64,000 nucleotides of DNA from Alphaproteobacteria bacterium (GCA_965261735.1 OZ253470.1:3904001-3968000); one strand, 5' to 3'. Numbered from the stretch's first letter, positions 23,633-37,359 are shown. Made by a program: numbers and translations. The notes: generated by a model from the sequence alone, not told the origin.

Positions 23633-23852
23633 GGCTTGTCGATTCCGGAGCGGCGACAAAAAGCTTTTAACGGTATGTGCCATAGGCTGCAACCTGCGGC
23701 CGGGAACCGCACGTCATTGCGCACGTGGCGCCCAGCCCGCGGGATTGAGGATGTCCATGGCTTGTCGATTCCGGAGCGGCGACAAAAAGCTTTTAACGGT
23801 ATGTGCCATAGGCTGCAACCTGCGGCCGGGAACCGCACGTCATTGCGCACGT
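23599..23852. repeat. Exact 126-bp tandem duplication
   Basis: Units start at 23599 and 23725 with a 2-bp GT microhomology; the unit covers the ridA start and its upstream region. Confidence 0.95.
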
Positions 23853-23935
23853 CTTTAGTGACAGGCGGGCGGACCGCGGCTCCTTGACACATTGAGCGAC
23901 TTTCTCGATAAACTTTACCCTCCGGGGATATCTCC

Positions 23936-25150
23936 ATGAATTACGACGCTTTCTTTGCCGAAAAGATCGCCGACCTCAGGGCGGAAGGGCGCTACCGCGT
24001 CTTCGCCGATCTCGAGCGCCACGTCGGCGCCTTTCCGGTGGCGACCTCGCGCCGCGACGGCCGCGAGGACGAAATCGTGGTGTGGTGCAGCAACGACTAT
24101 CTCGGTATGGGCCAGCACCCGCAGGTCCGTGCCGCCATGCAGCAGGCGCTGGAAACAGTGGGCGCCGGCTCAGGCGGCACGCGCAACATTTCCGGCACGA
24201 CCCACTACCACGTGCTGCTCGAGCAGGAGCTGGCGGAGTGGCACGGCAAGGAAGCGGCGTTGCTGTTCACGTCCGGCTACATTTCGAATGAGGCCTCGCT
24301 CGGCACGCTGGCCGCTCTGCTGCCCGGATGTATCATCTTTTCGGACGCGCTCAACCACGCCTCGATGATTGCCGGCATGCGTTCGAGCCGCGCCGCCAAG
24401 AAGATCTTCCGCCATAACGATGTCGGTCACCTCGAGGAGCTGTTGCGCGAGAGCGACCCAGACGTGCCCAAGATCATCGCCTTCGAGTCGGTGTACTCGA
24501 TGGACGGCGACATCGCGCCGATCGCCGAGATTTGCGATCTTGCAGACCGCTACGGCGCCCTGACCTACCTCGACGAGGTGCACGCGGTCGGCCTCTATGG
24601 CACGCGCGGCGGCGGCATCGCCGAGCGCGATGGCCTCGCCGACCGACTGACCGTGATCGAGGGGACACTCGGCAAGGCGGTCGGCGTGATGGGCGGCTAT
24701 ATCGCCGCCTCGTCGGTCATTGTCGACGTCATCCGCAGCTACGCCTCCTCCTTCATCTTCACCACGTCGCTGTCGCCGGTGGTGGTGGCCGGGGCGCTCG
24801 CCAGTATTCGCCACCTCAAGGCGAACAACGCGCTGCGTATCCGCCATCAGGAGCGGGCGGCGACTCTGAAGCGCGTGCTGCACCGGGCCAGCCTACCCTT
24901 GATGCCCTCGACGACGCATATCGTGCCTTTGCTGGTGGGTAACGCGCCCTGCTGTAAGCGTGCCTCGGACATGCTGCTCGATGCCTACGGCATCTACGTG
25001 CAGCCGATCAACTATCCGACCGTGCCGCGCGGCACGGAGCGCCTGCGCTTTACGCCGAGCCCCCTGCACGACGACGAGATGATGCGCGCCCTGGTGGCGG
25101 CCCTGAAAGAGGTGTGGTCGGCGCACGACATTCAGTTCGCGGCCGCGTAA
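23936..25150 (+). CDS. hemA: 5-aminolevulinate synthase
   Basis: [45 protein letters not shown]. Confidence 0.96.
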   Translation: MNYDAFFAEKIADLRAEGRYRVFADLERHVGAFPVATSRRDGREDEIVVWCSNDYLGMGQHPQVRAAMQQALETVGAGSGGTRNISGTTHYHVLLEQELAEWHGKEAALLFTSGYISNEASLGTLAALLPGCIIFSDALNHASMIAGMRSSRAAKKIFRHNDVGHLEELLRESDPDVPKIIAFESVYSMDGDIAPIAEICDLADRYGALTYLDEVHAVGLYGTRGGGIAERDGLADRLTVIEGTLGKAVGVMGGYIAASSVIVDVIRSYASSFIFTTSLSPVVVAGALASIRHLKANNALRIRHQERAATLKRVLHRASLPLMPSTTHIVPLLVGNAPCCKRASDMLLDAYGIYVQPINYPTVPRGTERLRFTPSPLHDDEMMRALVAALKEVWSAHDIQFAAA

Positions 25151-25251
25151 GCCCGCCCGCCCGCCCGCGGGCGTCCAACGCGCCGTGCGCCGCTTGCCGG
25201 AGGGCATGAGCGACCGGGGCGGTGCCCCGCGCGCGCGTTGGGGGCGGCGCA

Positions 25252-25455
25252 ATGACCGACGGCGAGGCCGAACCGGGGGAATACCTGATCGAGTTTCACC
25301 GCATCGGCGTGTCCGTGAAGGTGTCGGCCATCGACCCGGTGACCAACACCGAGGTCTCGATCGTCGGCCCGGCCACCGCCGGGCGCGAGGAACTAAGCCG
25401 CGTCGCCGTGCAAAAGCTGAAATACGTCATGGCCAAGCGGGCGGCCGCGAAATAG
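25252..25455 (+). CDS. Small conserved alphaproteobacterial protein (DUF6898-like)
   Basis: EF.RIG.SVKVSAIDP.T..EVSIVGP pattern. Confidence 0.7.
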   Translation: MTDGEAEPGEYLIEFHRIGVSVKVSAIDPVTNTEVSIVGPATAGREELSRVAVQKLKYVMAKRAAAK

Positions 25456-25611
25456 CTCCGACGTATCCTCACGACCTCAGGGTAAAGGGCGCGCCAACCC
25501 GACCCGGCGACGGACGATAGGTTGTGGGGGCGCTGGCATGGCGCCCCTCCATGTGGTATGACACCCGGGCCAAACAGGCAAAAAACCCACTATCGGCCTG
25601 CCGAAAGAGCC

Positions 25612-26082
25612 ATGGGCGAAGCCGAAACCATCGCGATCGCGGCCGATCACGCCGGGCACGCGCTCAAAGAAGTTCTGCGCGAAGAGCTGCTGAATATGGG
25701 CTACCAGATACTAGATCTTGGCACCAATGGGCCCAAGGCCGTCGACTACCCTGATTATGGCAACGCCGTCGCGGCCGCGCTCGGGTCGAAGAGAGCGGGC
25801 CGCGGCATCGTGATCTGCGGTACCGGCATCGGGGTCGGCATGGCCGCGAACCGGCACCGCCATATCCGCGCCGTCGTTTGCCATGACGTGACCACGGCGC
25901 GCCTCGGCCGCCTCCACAACGATGCCAACGTTCTTGCGCTGGGTGCCCGCGTGATCGGCGAGGAGGTCGCCAAGGACTGCCTGCGCGCGTTCCTGTCCAC
26001 GGGCTATGAGGGCGGACGGCACGACCGCCGCATCGCCAAGTTGTCGCAGCCGGTTGAAGGCGTCGCCGATGTCGCTGTCTGA
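25612..26082 (+). CDS. rpiB: Ribose-5-phosphate isomerase B
   Basis: ADHAG, VDYPD, CGTGIG, HNDANVL, GGRH.RR. Confidence 0.95.
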   Translation: MGEAETIAIAADHAGHALKEVLREELLNMGYQILDLGTNGPKAVDYPDYGNAVAAALGSKRAGRGIVICGTGIGVGMAANRHRHIRAVVCHDVTTARLGRLHNDANVLALGARVIGEEVAKDCLRAFLSTGYEGGRHDRRIAKLSQPVEGVADVAV

Positions 26083-27397
26083 CGCGGTCCGACAACGCAG
26101 CGACGCCGACGGCTTCTTCGCCGCCGACCTGGCGCGTGATGACCCGGAAGTTTGGGGCGCTCTCGCCAACGAGCTCCGCCGCCAGCAGGATCAGATCGAG
26201 CTTATCGCGTCGGAGAATATCGCGAGCCCCGCGGTCCTCGCGGCCCAAGGCTCGATCATGACCAACAAATACGCCGAGGGGTATCCAGGGAGGCGCTACT
26301 ACGGCGGCTGCGCCTACTACGATGTCGTCGAGGAACTGGCCATCGAGAGGGCCAAGCGGCTGTTCGGCTGCGCCTTCGCCAATGTCCAGCCGCACTCCGG
26401 TGCCCAGGCCAACCAGGCGGTCATGATGGCGCTGATCGAGCCCGGCGCGCCCATCCTCGGCATGTCGCTCGCCGCCGGCGGCCATCTAACTCACGGGGCG
26501 GCGGTGAACCTGTCGGGCAAGTGGTTCAAGGCCGCCCAATATGGCGTGCGCCGGGCCGACGCGCTGATCGATTTCGATGAGGTCGAGCGATTGGCCCGCG
26601 AGCATCGGCCGCGGCTGATCATCGCCGGCGGCTCCGCCTATCCTCGCGTGATCGATTTTGCTCGCTTCCGCGCGATCGCCGACAGCGTTGACGCCATTCT
26701 CATGGTCGACATGGCGCACTTCGCCGGGCTCGTTGCCGGGGGCGCGCACCCGAGCCCGTTCCCGCACGCGCACGTGGTGACGACGACGACGCACAAGACC
26801 CTGCGCGGCCCGCGCGGCGGCATGATCCTCACCGACGACGAGGCGCTCGCCAAAAAGATCAACTCGGCCGTCTTTCCGGGCGTTCAGGGCGGGCCCTTGA
26901 TGCACGCGATCGCCGCCAAGGCGGTGGCCTTCGGGGAAGCGTTGGCGCCGGAGTTTCGTGGCTACGCCCGCGCCGTCGTCGACAACGCCAGAGCCGTCGC
27001 GGCGGCGCTCGAGGAGCGCGGCCTCGACATCGTTTCGGGCGGCACCGACACGCACCTCCTACTCGTCGATCTCAGACCCAAGCGCCTCACCGGGAAGGCG
27101 GCGGAGCGGGCCCTCGAGAACGCCCACATCACGTGCAACAAGAACGGCATTCCCTTCGATCCCGAGAAGCCGGCGGTGACGTCGGGCGTCCGCGTCGGCA
27201 CGCCGGCGGCCACGACCCGCGGTTTTGGCACCGCCGAGTTCCGTCAGGTCGGCAGTCTCCTGGCCGACGTGCTCGACGGTCTTGCCGCCGATCCCGAAAA
27301 TAACGGCGCCGTCGAATCGGCAGTGCGCGAAAAGGTCATCGCTCTGTGCGCCCGTTTCCCCATTTACGCGGAAGCGGGCATCGCGGCGACCCCATGA
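26069..27397 (+). CDS. glyA: Serine hydroxymethyltransferase
   Basis: [30 protein letters not shown]. Confidence 0.97.
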   Translation: MSLSDAVRQRSDADGFFAADLARDDPEVWGALANELRRQQDQIELIASENIASPAVLAAQGSIMTNKYAEGYPGRRYYGGCAYYDVVEELAIERAKRLFGCAFANVQPHSGAQANQAVMMALIEPGAPILGMSLAAGGHLTHGAAVNLSGKWFKAAQYGVRRADALIDFDEVERLAREHRPRLIIAGGSAYPRVIDFARFRAIADSVDAILMVDMAHFAGLVAGGAHPSPFPHAHVVTTTTHKTLRGPRGGMILTDDEALAKKINSAVFPGVQGGPLMHAIAAKAVAFGEALAPEFRGYARAVVDNARAVAAALEERGLDIVSGGTDTHLLLVDLRPKRLTGKAAERALENAHITCNKNGIPFDPEKPAVTSGVRVGTPAATTRGFGTAEFRQVGSLLADVLDGLAADPENNGAVESAVREKVIALCARFPIYAEAGIAATP

Positions 27398-27412
27398 CAT
27401 ACAGAAAACAAG

Positions 27413-27874
27413 ATGCGTTGCCCGTTCTGCGGTAACGACGAAACGCAGGTCAAGGATTCGCGGCCGACCGAGGACAACTCGGCGATCCGGCGCCGGCGCT
27501 TCTGTCCTGCCTGCGGTTCGCGCTTCACGACCTTCGAGCGCATTCAGCTGCGTGAGCTCACCGTCCTCAAGAAGAACGGCGCCCGTGCGCCCTTCGACCG
27601 CGACAAGCTCTATCGCTCGGTCCTCATCGCGACACGGAAACGGCCGGTCGAGCCCGACCGGATCGAGCGCATGGTCAACGGCATCATCCGCCGGCTGGAA
27701 AGCCTGGGCGAATCGGAGGTTCGCTCGGACGTCATCGGCGAACTGGTGATGCAGGGGCTTGCCAACCTCGATAGCGTCGCCTACGTCCGTTTCGCTTCGG
27801 TGTACAAGAACTTCCGCGAAGCCAAGGATTTCGAGGACTTCATAGGCGAGCTGAGTGGCGACCGGGAAACCTGA
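27413..27874 (+). CDS. nrdR: Transcriptional repressor NrdR
   Basis: MRCPFC...KDSR...[21 protein letters not shown]. Confidence 0.97.
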   Translation: MRCPFCGNDETQVKDSRPTEDNSAIRRRRFCPACGSRFTTFERIQLRELTVLKKNGARAPFDRDKLYRSVLIATRKRPVEPDRIERMVNGIIRRLESLGESEVRSDVIGELVMQGLANLDSVAYVRFASVYKNFREAKDFEDFIGELSGDRET

Positions 27875-28967
27875 CGCCGACGACACTCGTTTTATGAAAG
27901 CCGCCCTCGGGCTCGCCGCGTACGGGCTCGGAAGGGTGTGGCCCAATCCGGCCGTCGGTTGCATCCTGGTCAAGGATCACGTCGTGGCGCGCGGCTGGAC
28001 ACAACCGGGGGGCAGGCCCCACGCCGAGGCCGAGGCGCTGCGCCGGGCAGGCGCCGGCGCCGCTGGAGCCACCGCGTATGTCACCCTCGAGCCGTGCGTG
28101 CATCAAGGGGCCACGCCGCCCTGCGCCGACGCTCTGATCGGCGCCGGCATTCGCCGCGCCGTCGTTGCCATCGAGGATCCGGATCCGCGCGTTGCCGGCC
28201 AGGGGATCACCGCCTTGCGCGATGCTGGAGTCGAGGTCTCCACCGGCGCCTGCGCCGCGGACGCGGGCGACATCAATGCCGGCTTTCTCATGCGCCTCGG
28301 TTCGGGCCGGCCGCTGGTGACGCTCAAGACGGCGACCACGCTCGACGGCCGAATCGCCGTGCGGAGCGGTGAGAGCCGGTGGATCACGGGGCCCGCGGCG
28401 CGGGCGCGCGCCCACCTCATGCGGACCCAGAACGACGCGGTCCTCGTCGGCTCGGGCACGGCGATCACCGACGATCCGGAATTGACCTGCCGCCTTCCCG
28501 GCATGGCCGAGCGCAGCCCGGTGAGGATTGTGCTCGATCGCCGCCTGCGCGTGCCCGCGACCCATAGGCTGATCGCCACGGCGGACGCCGTGCCCACTTG
28601 GGTCGTGACCGAATCGGGCCACCCCGAGGCCCGCCGGCGGGCGCTGGAGGAGCGTGGCGCCGTCCTCATCGAAGTCGGCGGCCGCGGCCAGAGTTGCGAC
28701 CTGCATGCCGTATTGACGGAGCTCGGCCGGCGCGGCCTTACCCGCGTCCTGGTCGAGGGCGGGAGCGAGCTCGCCGCGGCCTTTCTCGCGGGCGGCCTCG
28801 TCGACCGGCTGGCATGGTTCAGGGGCGCCGGCGTGATCGGAGGCGACGGGATTGCGGCCGCCGGGCCCCTCGGCCTCGATCGGCTCGACCGCATGCCGGC
28901 CTTTCGCCGCCTGTCCGTCCTCGAAGTCGGCGACGATTTACTGGAAACCTACGCGCTTCGGCCTTAA
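27855..28967 (+). CDS. ribD: Riboflavin deaminase/reductase RibD
   Basis: PNPAVGC, HAE, TLEPC...PC, VLVEGG. Confidence 0.96.
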   Translation: MATGKPDADDTRFMKAALGLAAYGLGRVWPNPAVGCILVKDHVVARGWTQPGGRPHAEAEALRRAGAGAAGATAYVTLEPCVHQGATPPCADALIGAGIRRAVVAIEDPDPRVAGQGITALRDAGVEVSTGACAADAGDINAGFLMRLGSGRPLVTLKTATTLDGRIAVRSGESRWITGPAARARAHLMRTQNDAVLVGSGTAITDDPELTCRLPGMAERSPVRIVLDRRLRVPATHRLIATADAVPTWVVTESGHPEARRRALEERGAVLIEVGGRGQSCDLHAVLTELGRRGLTRVLVEGGSELAAAFLAGGLVDRLAWFRGAGVIGGDGIAAAGPLGLDRLDRMPAFRRLSVLEVGDDLLETYALRP

Positions 28968-28977
28968 TAACAGCGGC

Positions 28978-29571
28978 ATGTTCAGTGGCATCGTCACCGA
29001 CGTTGGCAGCGTCCGCTCGCTCACGGGTGAGGCCGACAGGCGGTTCGTCATCGAAACCGGGTTCGACACGGCCGCCATCGCGCTGGGCGCATCCATCGCC
29101 TGCTCCGGCGTTTGTCTCACCGTCACCGACAAGGGCGCCGGCTGGTTCGCGGTCGATGCATCGCGCGAGACCCTCTCCTGTACGACTCTCGCGGACTTCC
29201 AGGCCGGCACCCGGGTTAACCTCGAACGCAGCCTCAAGGTGGGCGACGAGATCGACGGCCATCTGGTGATGGGCCACGTGGACGGCACGGCGGTCATCAC
29301 CGCGTGCGAGCCCGATGGCGAGTCGCTGTGCTATCGTTTCGCGCTCGCCGCGCCGCTCAGCCGCTTCGTTGCACCCAAGGGCGCGATCGCGCTCGACGGT
29401 GTGTCGCTCACGGTCAACGAGGTCGAGGACGAGGCCTTCGGCGTCAACATCATTCCCCACACGCGCGCGACGACGACCTTCGGCAATGCCGCGCCGGGCG
29501 CGCGCGTCAACGTGGAGATCGACGTCCTGGCGCGCTACGTGGCACGCCTGACGGGGCACCGGGCGTCATGA
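28978..29571 (+). CDS. ribE: Riboflavin synthase alpha chain
   Basis: MFSGIV N-terminus, GVCLTV, GHLVMGHVD. Confidence 0.95.
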   Translation: MFSGIVTDVGSVRSLTGEADRRFVIETGFDTAAIALGASIACSGVCLTVTDKGAGWFAVDASRETLSCTTLADFQAGTRVNLERSLKVGDEIDGHLVMGHVDGTAVITACEPDGESLCYRFALAAPLSRFVAPKGAIALDGVSLTVNEVEDEAFGVNIIPHTRATTTFGNAAPGARVNVEIDVLARYVARLTGHRAS

Positions 29572-30695
29572 GGTCGCCTGCGCCCCTGTCCTCGATCGAG
29601 GAGGTGCTCGAGGACGTGGACAAGGGCCGCTTGATTATCCTCGTCGACGAGGAGGATCGCGAGAACGAGGGCGATCTCGTCATCCCCGGCGCCCGGGCCA
29701 CGCCGGAAGCCATCAACTTTATGGCCAAGCATGGGCGCGGCCTGATCTGCCTCGCCCTGACTAGCGAGCGGGTCGCCGAGCTCGGCTTGCCGCTGATGCC
29801 GCGCGACAATCTATCGCGCCACCAGACCGCTTTCACGGTCTCGATCGAGGCCCGCGAGGGCGTGACCACGGGCATCTCCGCGGCCGACCGTGCACACACG
29901 GTCTCGGTGGCCATCGATCCGGCGAAGGGCAAGGCCGACATCGGCACGCCGGGCCACGTGTTCCCGCTGGTCGCGCGCGACGGCGGTGTCCTGGCGCGCG
30001 CCGGGCACACCGAGGCGGCGGTCGACATCGCCCGTTTAGCGGGACTTAACCCTTCTGGTGTTATCTGCGAGATCATGAACGACGATGGCACGATGGCCCG
30101 CATGCCGGACCTCGTGGCCTTCGCCCAACGACACGGCCTCAAGATCGCTACCATCTCCGATTTGATCGCCTACCGCCTGCGCCACGACACGTTGATCGAG
30201 CGCGCTGTCGAGAGCGAGCTCGACAGCTGGTACGGCGGCCGGTTCCGAATGGTCGTGTACGTCAACAAGATCCAATATGCCGAACACGTCGCACTCATCA
30301 AAGGTGACATATCGGGGCCCGAGCCGGTACTGGTGCGCGTGCAGGCGTTCGATGTGCTCGGCGTTCTCGGCGACCGAGCCAACCGCGCGAATCTCCTGCA
30401 CGGGGCGATGCGGATGGTTGCCGACGCCGGCCGCGGTGTGGTGGTGTTGATTCGCGAGCCGAGCCCGACCAGCCTGTCGGACCGCGTTCGCGCGAAGCTC
30501 GCCGGTGCGCCGCCCCAACCCATCAAGCTGCGTGAGATCGGCGTTGGCGCGCAGATTTTGCGTGACCTCGGGGTACACGACATGATCCTCCTTTCGAACG
30601 CGCAGCGCCCGGCCGTGGCGCTTAACGGTTTCGGCCTTAGGGTAGTCGAGCAGCGCACGGTCCCGATCACGGAGGTCGACGGCGGGCATGGCTGA
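29568..30695 (+). CDS. ribB: DHBP synthase fused to a degenerate GTP cyclohydrolase II domain (RibBX type)
   Basis: DEEDRENEGD, PGHVFPL, GHTEA; the C-terminal domain lacks the Zn-binding cysteines. Confidence 0.92.
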   Translation: MRSPAPLSSIEEVLEDVDKGRLIILVDEEDRENEGDLVIPGARATPEAINFMAKHGRGLICLALTSERVAELGLPLMPRDNLSRHQTAFTVSIEAREGVTTGISAADRAHTVSVAIDPAKGKADIGTPGHVFPLVARDGGVLARAGHTEAAVDIARLAGLNPSGVICEIMNDDGTMARMPDLVAFAQRHGLKIATISDLIAYRLRHDTLIERAVESELDSWYGGRFRMVVYVNKIQYAEHVALIKGDISGPEPVLVRVQAFDVLGVLGDRANRANLLHGAMRMVADAGRGVVVLIREPSPTSLSDRVRAKLAGAPPQPIKLREIGVGAQILRDLGVHDMILLSNAQRPAVALNGFGLRVVEQRTVPITEVDGGHG

Positions 30696-31152
30696 CGACG
30701 TTCACATCCTCATTGTCAACGCTGGCTACTACGAGGATATTGCGGCCGCGCTGCTGCGCGGTGCCATCGGCGAAATCGAGGCGCGCGGCGCGACCTACGA
30801 GGACGTTGCCGTGCCTGGCGTGTTCGAGATACCGGCCGCGATTCGCATGGGCATGCGCTCGATGGAGCTTGTCGGCATGCGCCGGCGCTTCTCGGCGTAT
30901 GTCGCCCTCGGGTGCGTGGTTCGCGGCGAGACCGACCACTACGAGCACATCTGCCGCGAGGCCATTCGCAGCATCGCGGACCTCGCCACCGGCTACACGC
31001 TGGCGATGGGGATGGGCGTTCTGACCTGCCACACGCGTGAGCAGGCGCTGGCCCGGGCGGGCGACGATTCGCGCAACAAGGGCGCCGAGGCTGCGCGCGC
31101 GGCGCTCGGCATGGTCGAGGTCAAGCGCAGCTTCGGGTTTTTCCCGCGATGA
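30688..31152 (+). CDS. ribH: Lumazine synthase
   Basis: VPGVFEIP, GCVVRGETDHY, NKG.EAA. Confidence 0.95.
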   Translation: MADDVHILIVNAGYYEDIAAALLRGAIGEIEARGATYEDVAVPGVFEIPAAIRMGMRSMELVGMRRRFSAYVALGCVVRGETDHYEHICREAIRSIADLATGYTLAMGMGVLTCHTREQALARAGDDSRNKGAEAARAALGMVEVKRSFGFFPR

Positions 31153-31655
31153 GCGCCGGGCGCCGGCGCGGCCGCGGGCGTAGCCGCAGCGCCGCGCGGC
31201 TCGGCGCGGTCCAGGCGCTGTACCAGATCGAGGTTGGCGAGGTGAGCGCCGAGCACACGGTCGCGGAGTTCGAGGATCATCGCCTGGGCGCGGAAATCGA
31301 AGGGATCGCCTACGCCGACCCTGATGTCGCCCTGTTTCGCGACGTCGTGCGGGGGGCGAGCGCCCGGGCGCTCGAGATTGACGCCCTGATCGCCGGCGCC
31401 CTCAGTCGGGATTGGGCACTCGCGCGCCTCGACAGCACCGTGCGCGCCATCCTTCGGGCCGCGACTTTCGAGCTCGTGGCGCGGCCCGCGGTACCGGCTC
31501 GCGTCGTCATCAACGAGTACGTCGACGTGGCGCACGCGTTTTTCGCTGGTGCCGAGCCCGGCTTCGTCAACGGCGTGCTCGACACCCTCGTGCGCGCACT
31601 TCGGCCGGGCGAACTAGGGACGAACGGCGATGAGCAGGCCGCCGAGGCGCACTGA
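31149..31655 (+). CDS. nusB: Transcription antitermination factor NusB
   Basis: AARLGAVQALYQ, VINEYVDVA, FVNGVLD. Confidence 0.95.
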   Translation: MSAGRRRGRGRSRSAARLGAVQALYQIEVGEVSAEHTVAEFEDHRLGAEIEGIAYADPDVALFRDVVRGASARALEIDALIAGALSRDWALARLDSTVRAILRAATFELVARPAVPARVVINEYVDVAHAFFAGAEPGFVNGVLDTLVRALRPGELGTNGDEQAAEAH

Positions 31656-32619
31656 ATTCCGCTTGATCGCGGATCTCTTCGCCCCCCTCGCCGCCGATTA
31701 CGATCTCGCCTTCGGCCTCACCGACGATGCCGCCGTCGTACGGCCGAGCCCGGGTTGCGATCTCGTGGTGACCGCCGATGCCCTGGTTGCCGGCGTCCAC
31801 TTTCGGCCCGACGACGACCCCGACCTGATCGCGCGCAAGGCCCTCAGGGTCAACCTCTCCGACCTCGCCGCCATGGGCGCGTCCCCCCTCGGCTACCTCC
31901 TCACCCTCGCCCGGCCTGAGGCCGTGGACGATGCGTGGATAGAGAAATTCGTTGTGGGACTGGGCCACGATCAGCGGGCCTTCGGCACTATCCTGATCGG
32001 TGGCGATAGCGTCGCCACCGAGGGGCCGCTCGCGCTCTCCGTTACCGCCTTCGGCGAAGTGGCGCAGGGTCGCGCGCTGCGCCGCTCGGGCGCGCGCGAG
32101 GGCGATATCGTCTACCTCTCGGGCACGCTGGGCGATGCGGCCCTGGGTCTGCGCGCTATGGGCGGCGGTTTGGCGGCGCTTTCGGCAGACCAGCGTGCAG
32201 AGCTCATCGACCGCTACCTTCTGCCACGGCCACGGCTGTTGCTCGGCGCTCGGCTCATCGGCCTCGCGAGCGCGGTGATCGACGTCTCTGACGGGCTCGT
32301 CGCCGACCTCGGCCATGTCTGTGAGAGCTCCGGCGCGGGCGCCACGGTCGAGGCGGCCGCCTTGCCCTTGTCAGGCGCGGCGCAGGCGGCCCTCGCTACC
32401 GATTCGGAGGTGCTGCGCACCGTGCTCACGGGCGGCGATGACTACGAGTTGTTGTTCTGCGCCGCGCCCGAGTCGGTCGATGCGATCGCCTCCCTGGCGG
32501 TCGATCTGGCGCTGCCGCTCACGGCCATCGGGTGGATCAGCGCCGGCGCCGGGGTCGCGGTCGTCGATGAACGCGGTGCCGCCATGGACTTGCCGAGCGG
32601 GGGGTACGCGCATTTCTAG
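31630..32619 (+). CDS. thiL: Thiamine-phosphate kinase
   Basis: DDAA, NLSDLAAMG, GGD, DVSDGL, GGDDYELLF. Confidence 0.95.
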   Translation: MSRPPRRTEFRLIADLFAPLAADYDLAFGLTDDAAVVRPSPGCDLVVTADALVAGVHFRPDDDPDLIARKALRVNLSDLAAMGASPLGYLLTLARPEAVDDAWIEKFVVGLGHDQRAFGTILIGGDSVATEGPLALSVTAFGEVAQGRALRRSGAREGDIVYLSGTLGDAALGLRAMGGGLAALSADQRAELIDRYLLPRPRLLLGARLIGLASAVIDVSDGLVADLGHVCESSGAGATVEAAALPLSGAAQAALATDSEVLRTVLTGGDDYELLFCAAPESVDAIASLAVDLALPLTAIGWISAGAGVAVVDERGAAMDLPSGGYAHF

Positions 32620-32763
32620 GTTGGCCCGGCGCGGCGGGGTAGTGGCCGAGGCCAGTACCCGCGGCGGCGGTGGGCTGACAAAGCCGCGCCCGCGGCCTAG
32701 AGTAGGGGAGGGACGAGCTGCCTCGCGAGGGGCGGCCGTCCGGTCTCCCGTGGGCGCGGTCCA

Positions 32764-33300
32764 GTGAACAAGAAACTGATCTTCCTTGGCGGCGGCCTCC
32801 TACTGCTCGCCGGCCTTGCGGGCGCGGCCTTCGTGACCCTGTTCGCGGCGCCCGAGGAGGCGGCGGTCGCCGAAGAAGCGCCGGTCGCCGAAGAGACGCC
32901 GCCGCCGCCGCAAAGCCGCAAGCCTACGTTCGTAGACCTTGAACCATTCACCGTCCCCGTCACGCGGGGCGGCAAACTGGCCTATGAGCAGCTGCTATCG
33001 GTCAAGATAGAGGTCAAGAACGACCGTGCGTTCAAGACGGTCACCGAGCAGATGCCGCGCCTGCGTGATGCGTTCCTGAGCGACCTCTACAACTCGCCGG
33101 CGTTCATCGATGTCGGCCGCGGCCCGATCGATCTCGCCCCCGTCTCGGAGGTGTTGCTGAGGTCGGCGCGCCACGTGGTCGACCACGGTGACGAGTTGGT
33201 CCTCGCGGTCGAGGTTGCCAAATGGAAGCTGCCGCCGGTGCCGTCCATGCAGGCCTCGCCCGAGGTCAAAAAGCAAGTCAAGAGCTCCGGCGGCCACTAG
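32764..33300 (+). CDS. FliL-like membrane-anchored protein
   Basis: N-terminal TM, FVDLEPFTV, MPRLRDAFL; GTG start. Confidence 0.65.
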   Translation: MNKKLIFLGGGLLLLAGLAGAAFVTLFAAPEEAAVAEEAPVAEETPPPPQSRKPTFVDLEPFTVPVTRGGKLAYEQLLSVKIEVKNDRAFKTVTEQMPRLRDAFLSDLYNSPAFIDVGRGPIDLAPVSEVLLRSARHVVDHGDELVLAVEVAKWKLPPVPSMQASPEVKKQVKSSGGH

Positions 33301-33330
33301 GTCTTCCACGGCTTCCCGACGGGACGGCGC

Positions 33331-34521
33331 ATGGCGTTCGATCGAACGAAGAAGAACGTTGCGGTGCTGGCGACGTGCCAGGCCCTGGTGATGATCGGCA
33401 ACACGCTGATGATCACGATGAGCGCGCTCGTCGGCGATGCGCTGCTCTCCGTCGACAAGGGTTTCGCGACGCTGCCGGTGTCGACCATGGTGGCAGGGAC
33501 GATGGTGGCGACGGTGCCGGCGTCGCTGTGGATGCGCCGCGTCGGGCGGCGCCTCGGCTTCATGTCCGGCACCCTGCTCGGCATCGTCGGCGGCGCCTTG
33601 AGCGCGCTCGCCATTCTCATCGCCGACTTCCCGCTGTTCTGCTTCGCCACCTTCCTGATGGGCTGCTACAACGCCTTCGGCCAGTACTACCGCTTCGCCG
33701 CGGCCGACGAGGCGAGCGAGGACTTCAAGAGCCGGGCGATATCGTTCGTCATGGCGGGGGGCGTGGTCGCCGCCATCTTCGGGCCCGAGCTCGCCAAAGC
33801 GACGCGCGACCTCATCCCGTCGGTGACCTACCTCGCCTCGTTCCTGTCGCTCATCGGCCTCAGCCTCGCGGCCACGCTCCTCCTGACGCTGATCGACATT
33901 CCGCCGCTGAGCCGCGAGGAGCGCCGGCAATCGGGGCGCCCGCTGTTCGAGATCGCGCGCCAGCCCGTGTTCGTGGTCGCCGTGCTCAGCGGCATGGTGG
34001 GATACGCCACCATGAGCCTGGTGATGACGGCAACCCCATTGGCGATGGTCCTGTCGCACCATCCGTTCGACGACGCGGCGTTCGTCATCCAATGGCACGC
34101 GCTCGGCATGTTCGCGCCCGCGTTCTTCACCGGCTCGCTGATCCGGCGCTTCGGCGTACTCCCCATCATCATGGTTGGTGCGGCCATGATGTTCACCTGC
34201 GTCCTGATCAACGTCCTCGGCGTGACGCTCGCTCATTTCTGGACGGCGCTGTTGCTGCTTGGGGTGGGCTGGAACTTCATGTTCGTCGGCGGCACCACGC
34301 TGCTGACCGAGGCCTACGTGCCGGCCGAGCGTGCCAAGACGCAGGCCATCAACGATTTTCTGGTGTTCGGCTCGGTGGCCACGGCATCGCTGTCCTCGGG
34401 CGGGCTCCTGCACCTGATCGGCTGGGAGGCGGTGAACTACGGCGCGCTCCCCTTCCTTGCCGTCACCGTGCTCGTGGTGGCCTGGTTCGCCACCCGCCGC
34501 GCCCACGCGCGCCCGGCCTAG
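33331..34521 (+). CDS. MFS transporter
   Basis: About 12 hydrophobic segments; YRFAAAD, IQWH.LGMFAP, GWNF. Confidence 0.9.
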   Translation: MAFDRTKKNVAVLATCQALVMIGNTLMITMSALVGDALLSVDKGFATLPVSTMVAGTMVATVPASLWMRRVGRRLGFMSGTLLGIVGGALSALAILIADFPLFCFATFLMGCYNAFGQYYRFAAADEASEDFKSRAISFVMAGGVVAAIFGPELAKATRDLIPSVTYLASFLSLIGLSLAATLLLTLIDIPPLSREERRQSGRPLFEIARQPVFVVAVLSGMVGYATMSLVMTATPLAMVLSHHPFDDAAFVIQWHALGMFAPAFFTGSLIRRFGVLPIIMVGAAMMFTCVLINVLGVTLAHFWTALLLLGVGWNFMFVGGTTLLTEAYVPAERAKTQAINDFLVFGSVATASLSSGGLLHLIGWEAVNYGALPFLAVTVLVVAWFATRRAHARPA

Positions 34522-34684
34522 CGCTCTCGCGCTTCGCGGTTCGGCGGTGGTCGTCTGGCCGGCGCGCGGTTGCCTTGGCGGCGCAACTCTGGCATGGTCC
34601 GCGCGCTTTCGCCGCCGGCCGCCGGCGCGGCCGGGTTCGGCGCCACCGATCCTATTTTGAGAGCAATTCCGGGGGGCATCGTTC

Positions 34685-36763
<2,079 letters not shown>

Positions 36764-36785
36764 GCGCCGATCGGTCTCGCGGACC

Positions 36786-37250
36786 CTATTGGGACCCTTC
36801 CGCGCCGGTGAAGCGGCCGACGTTGCCGAGGAGCTGCTGGAGGAAATTGAGCTTGCGCCCGCCGGTGGGCGTCGCGCGGTCGAGTGGGGTGATGGTCTGT
36901 GCGTCGGCGAGGGAGTAGCGGCGGACGCTGGCGACGCGGCCGGCCGCGTCGAAGTGGACCTCGACGACCTGTTGGTCGAGGACATCGGGCTCGAGGAAGG
37001 CGAAGTGCTCCGTTCGCCGCGTCACGTAGTACCAGGTCTCGTCCTTGAAGGTCGCCGTGTTGGTCGGTGAGCCGAGCGTTTCCGCGACTCTCTGGCGGTC
37101 GTGAACGCCGGGCTGGAGGCTCTCGACGGCGGCCTCGTCGAGGACGTGGCCGTGGACCTCGACGGTCGGCGTGCAGGCCGACGCGAGCAGGGCGGCGCCC
37201 GCCGCCACAACCGCGGCCACGGCTCCCCGCCTGAGAATCGCGCTTGACAT
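36786..37250 (-). CDS. bamE: Outer membrane assembly lipoprotein BamE
   Basis: Lipobox ASAC, LGSP, WYY, LQQLLGNVGRF. Confidence 0.9.
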   Translation of the reverse strand: MSSAILRRGAVAAVVAAGAALLASACTPTVEVHGHVLDEAAVESLQPGVHDRQRVAETLGSPTNTATFKDETWYYVTRRTEHFAFLEPDVLDQQVVEVHFDAAGRVASVRRYSLADAQTITPLDRATPTGGRKLNFLQQLLGNVGRFTGAEGSQ

Positions 37251-37359
37251 GGTGGGTCCGGCCAAACCCCTGTTGACGCGCTCCGCGCCGCCTTCTTTAG
37301 TGCCGGCCAAGACTCGCACTGCCGATTCGTACTGTCAATTGCGTCGGTGAGAGGGAGCC

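Noticed and set aside
23599-23852. CRISPR array or structured ncRNA repeat
   Set aside because: Only two contiguous 126-bp units, no spacers and no cas genes; the unit includes ridA coding sequence.
30170-30695. Inactivated GTP cyclohydrolase II domain as a sign of decay
   Set aside because: RibBX-type fusions with a degenerate second domain are common in proteobacteria.
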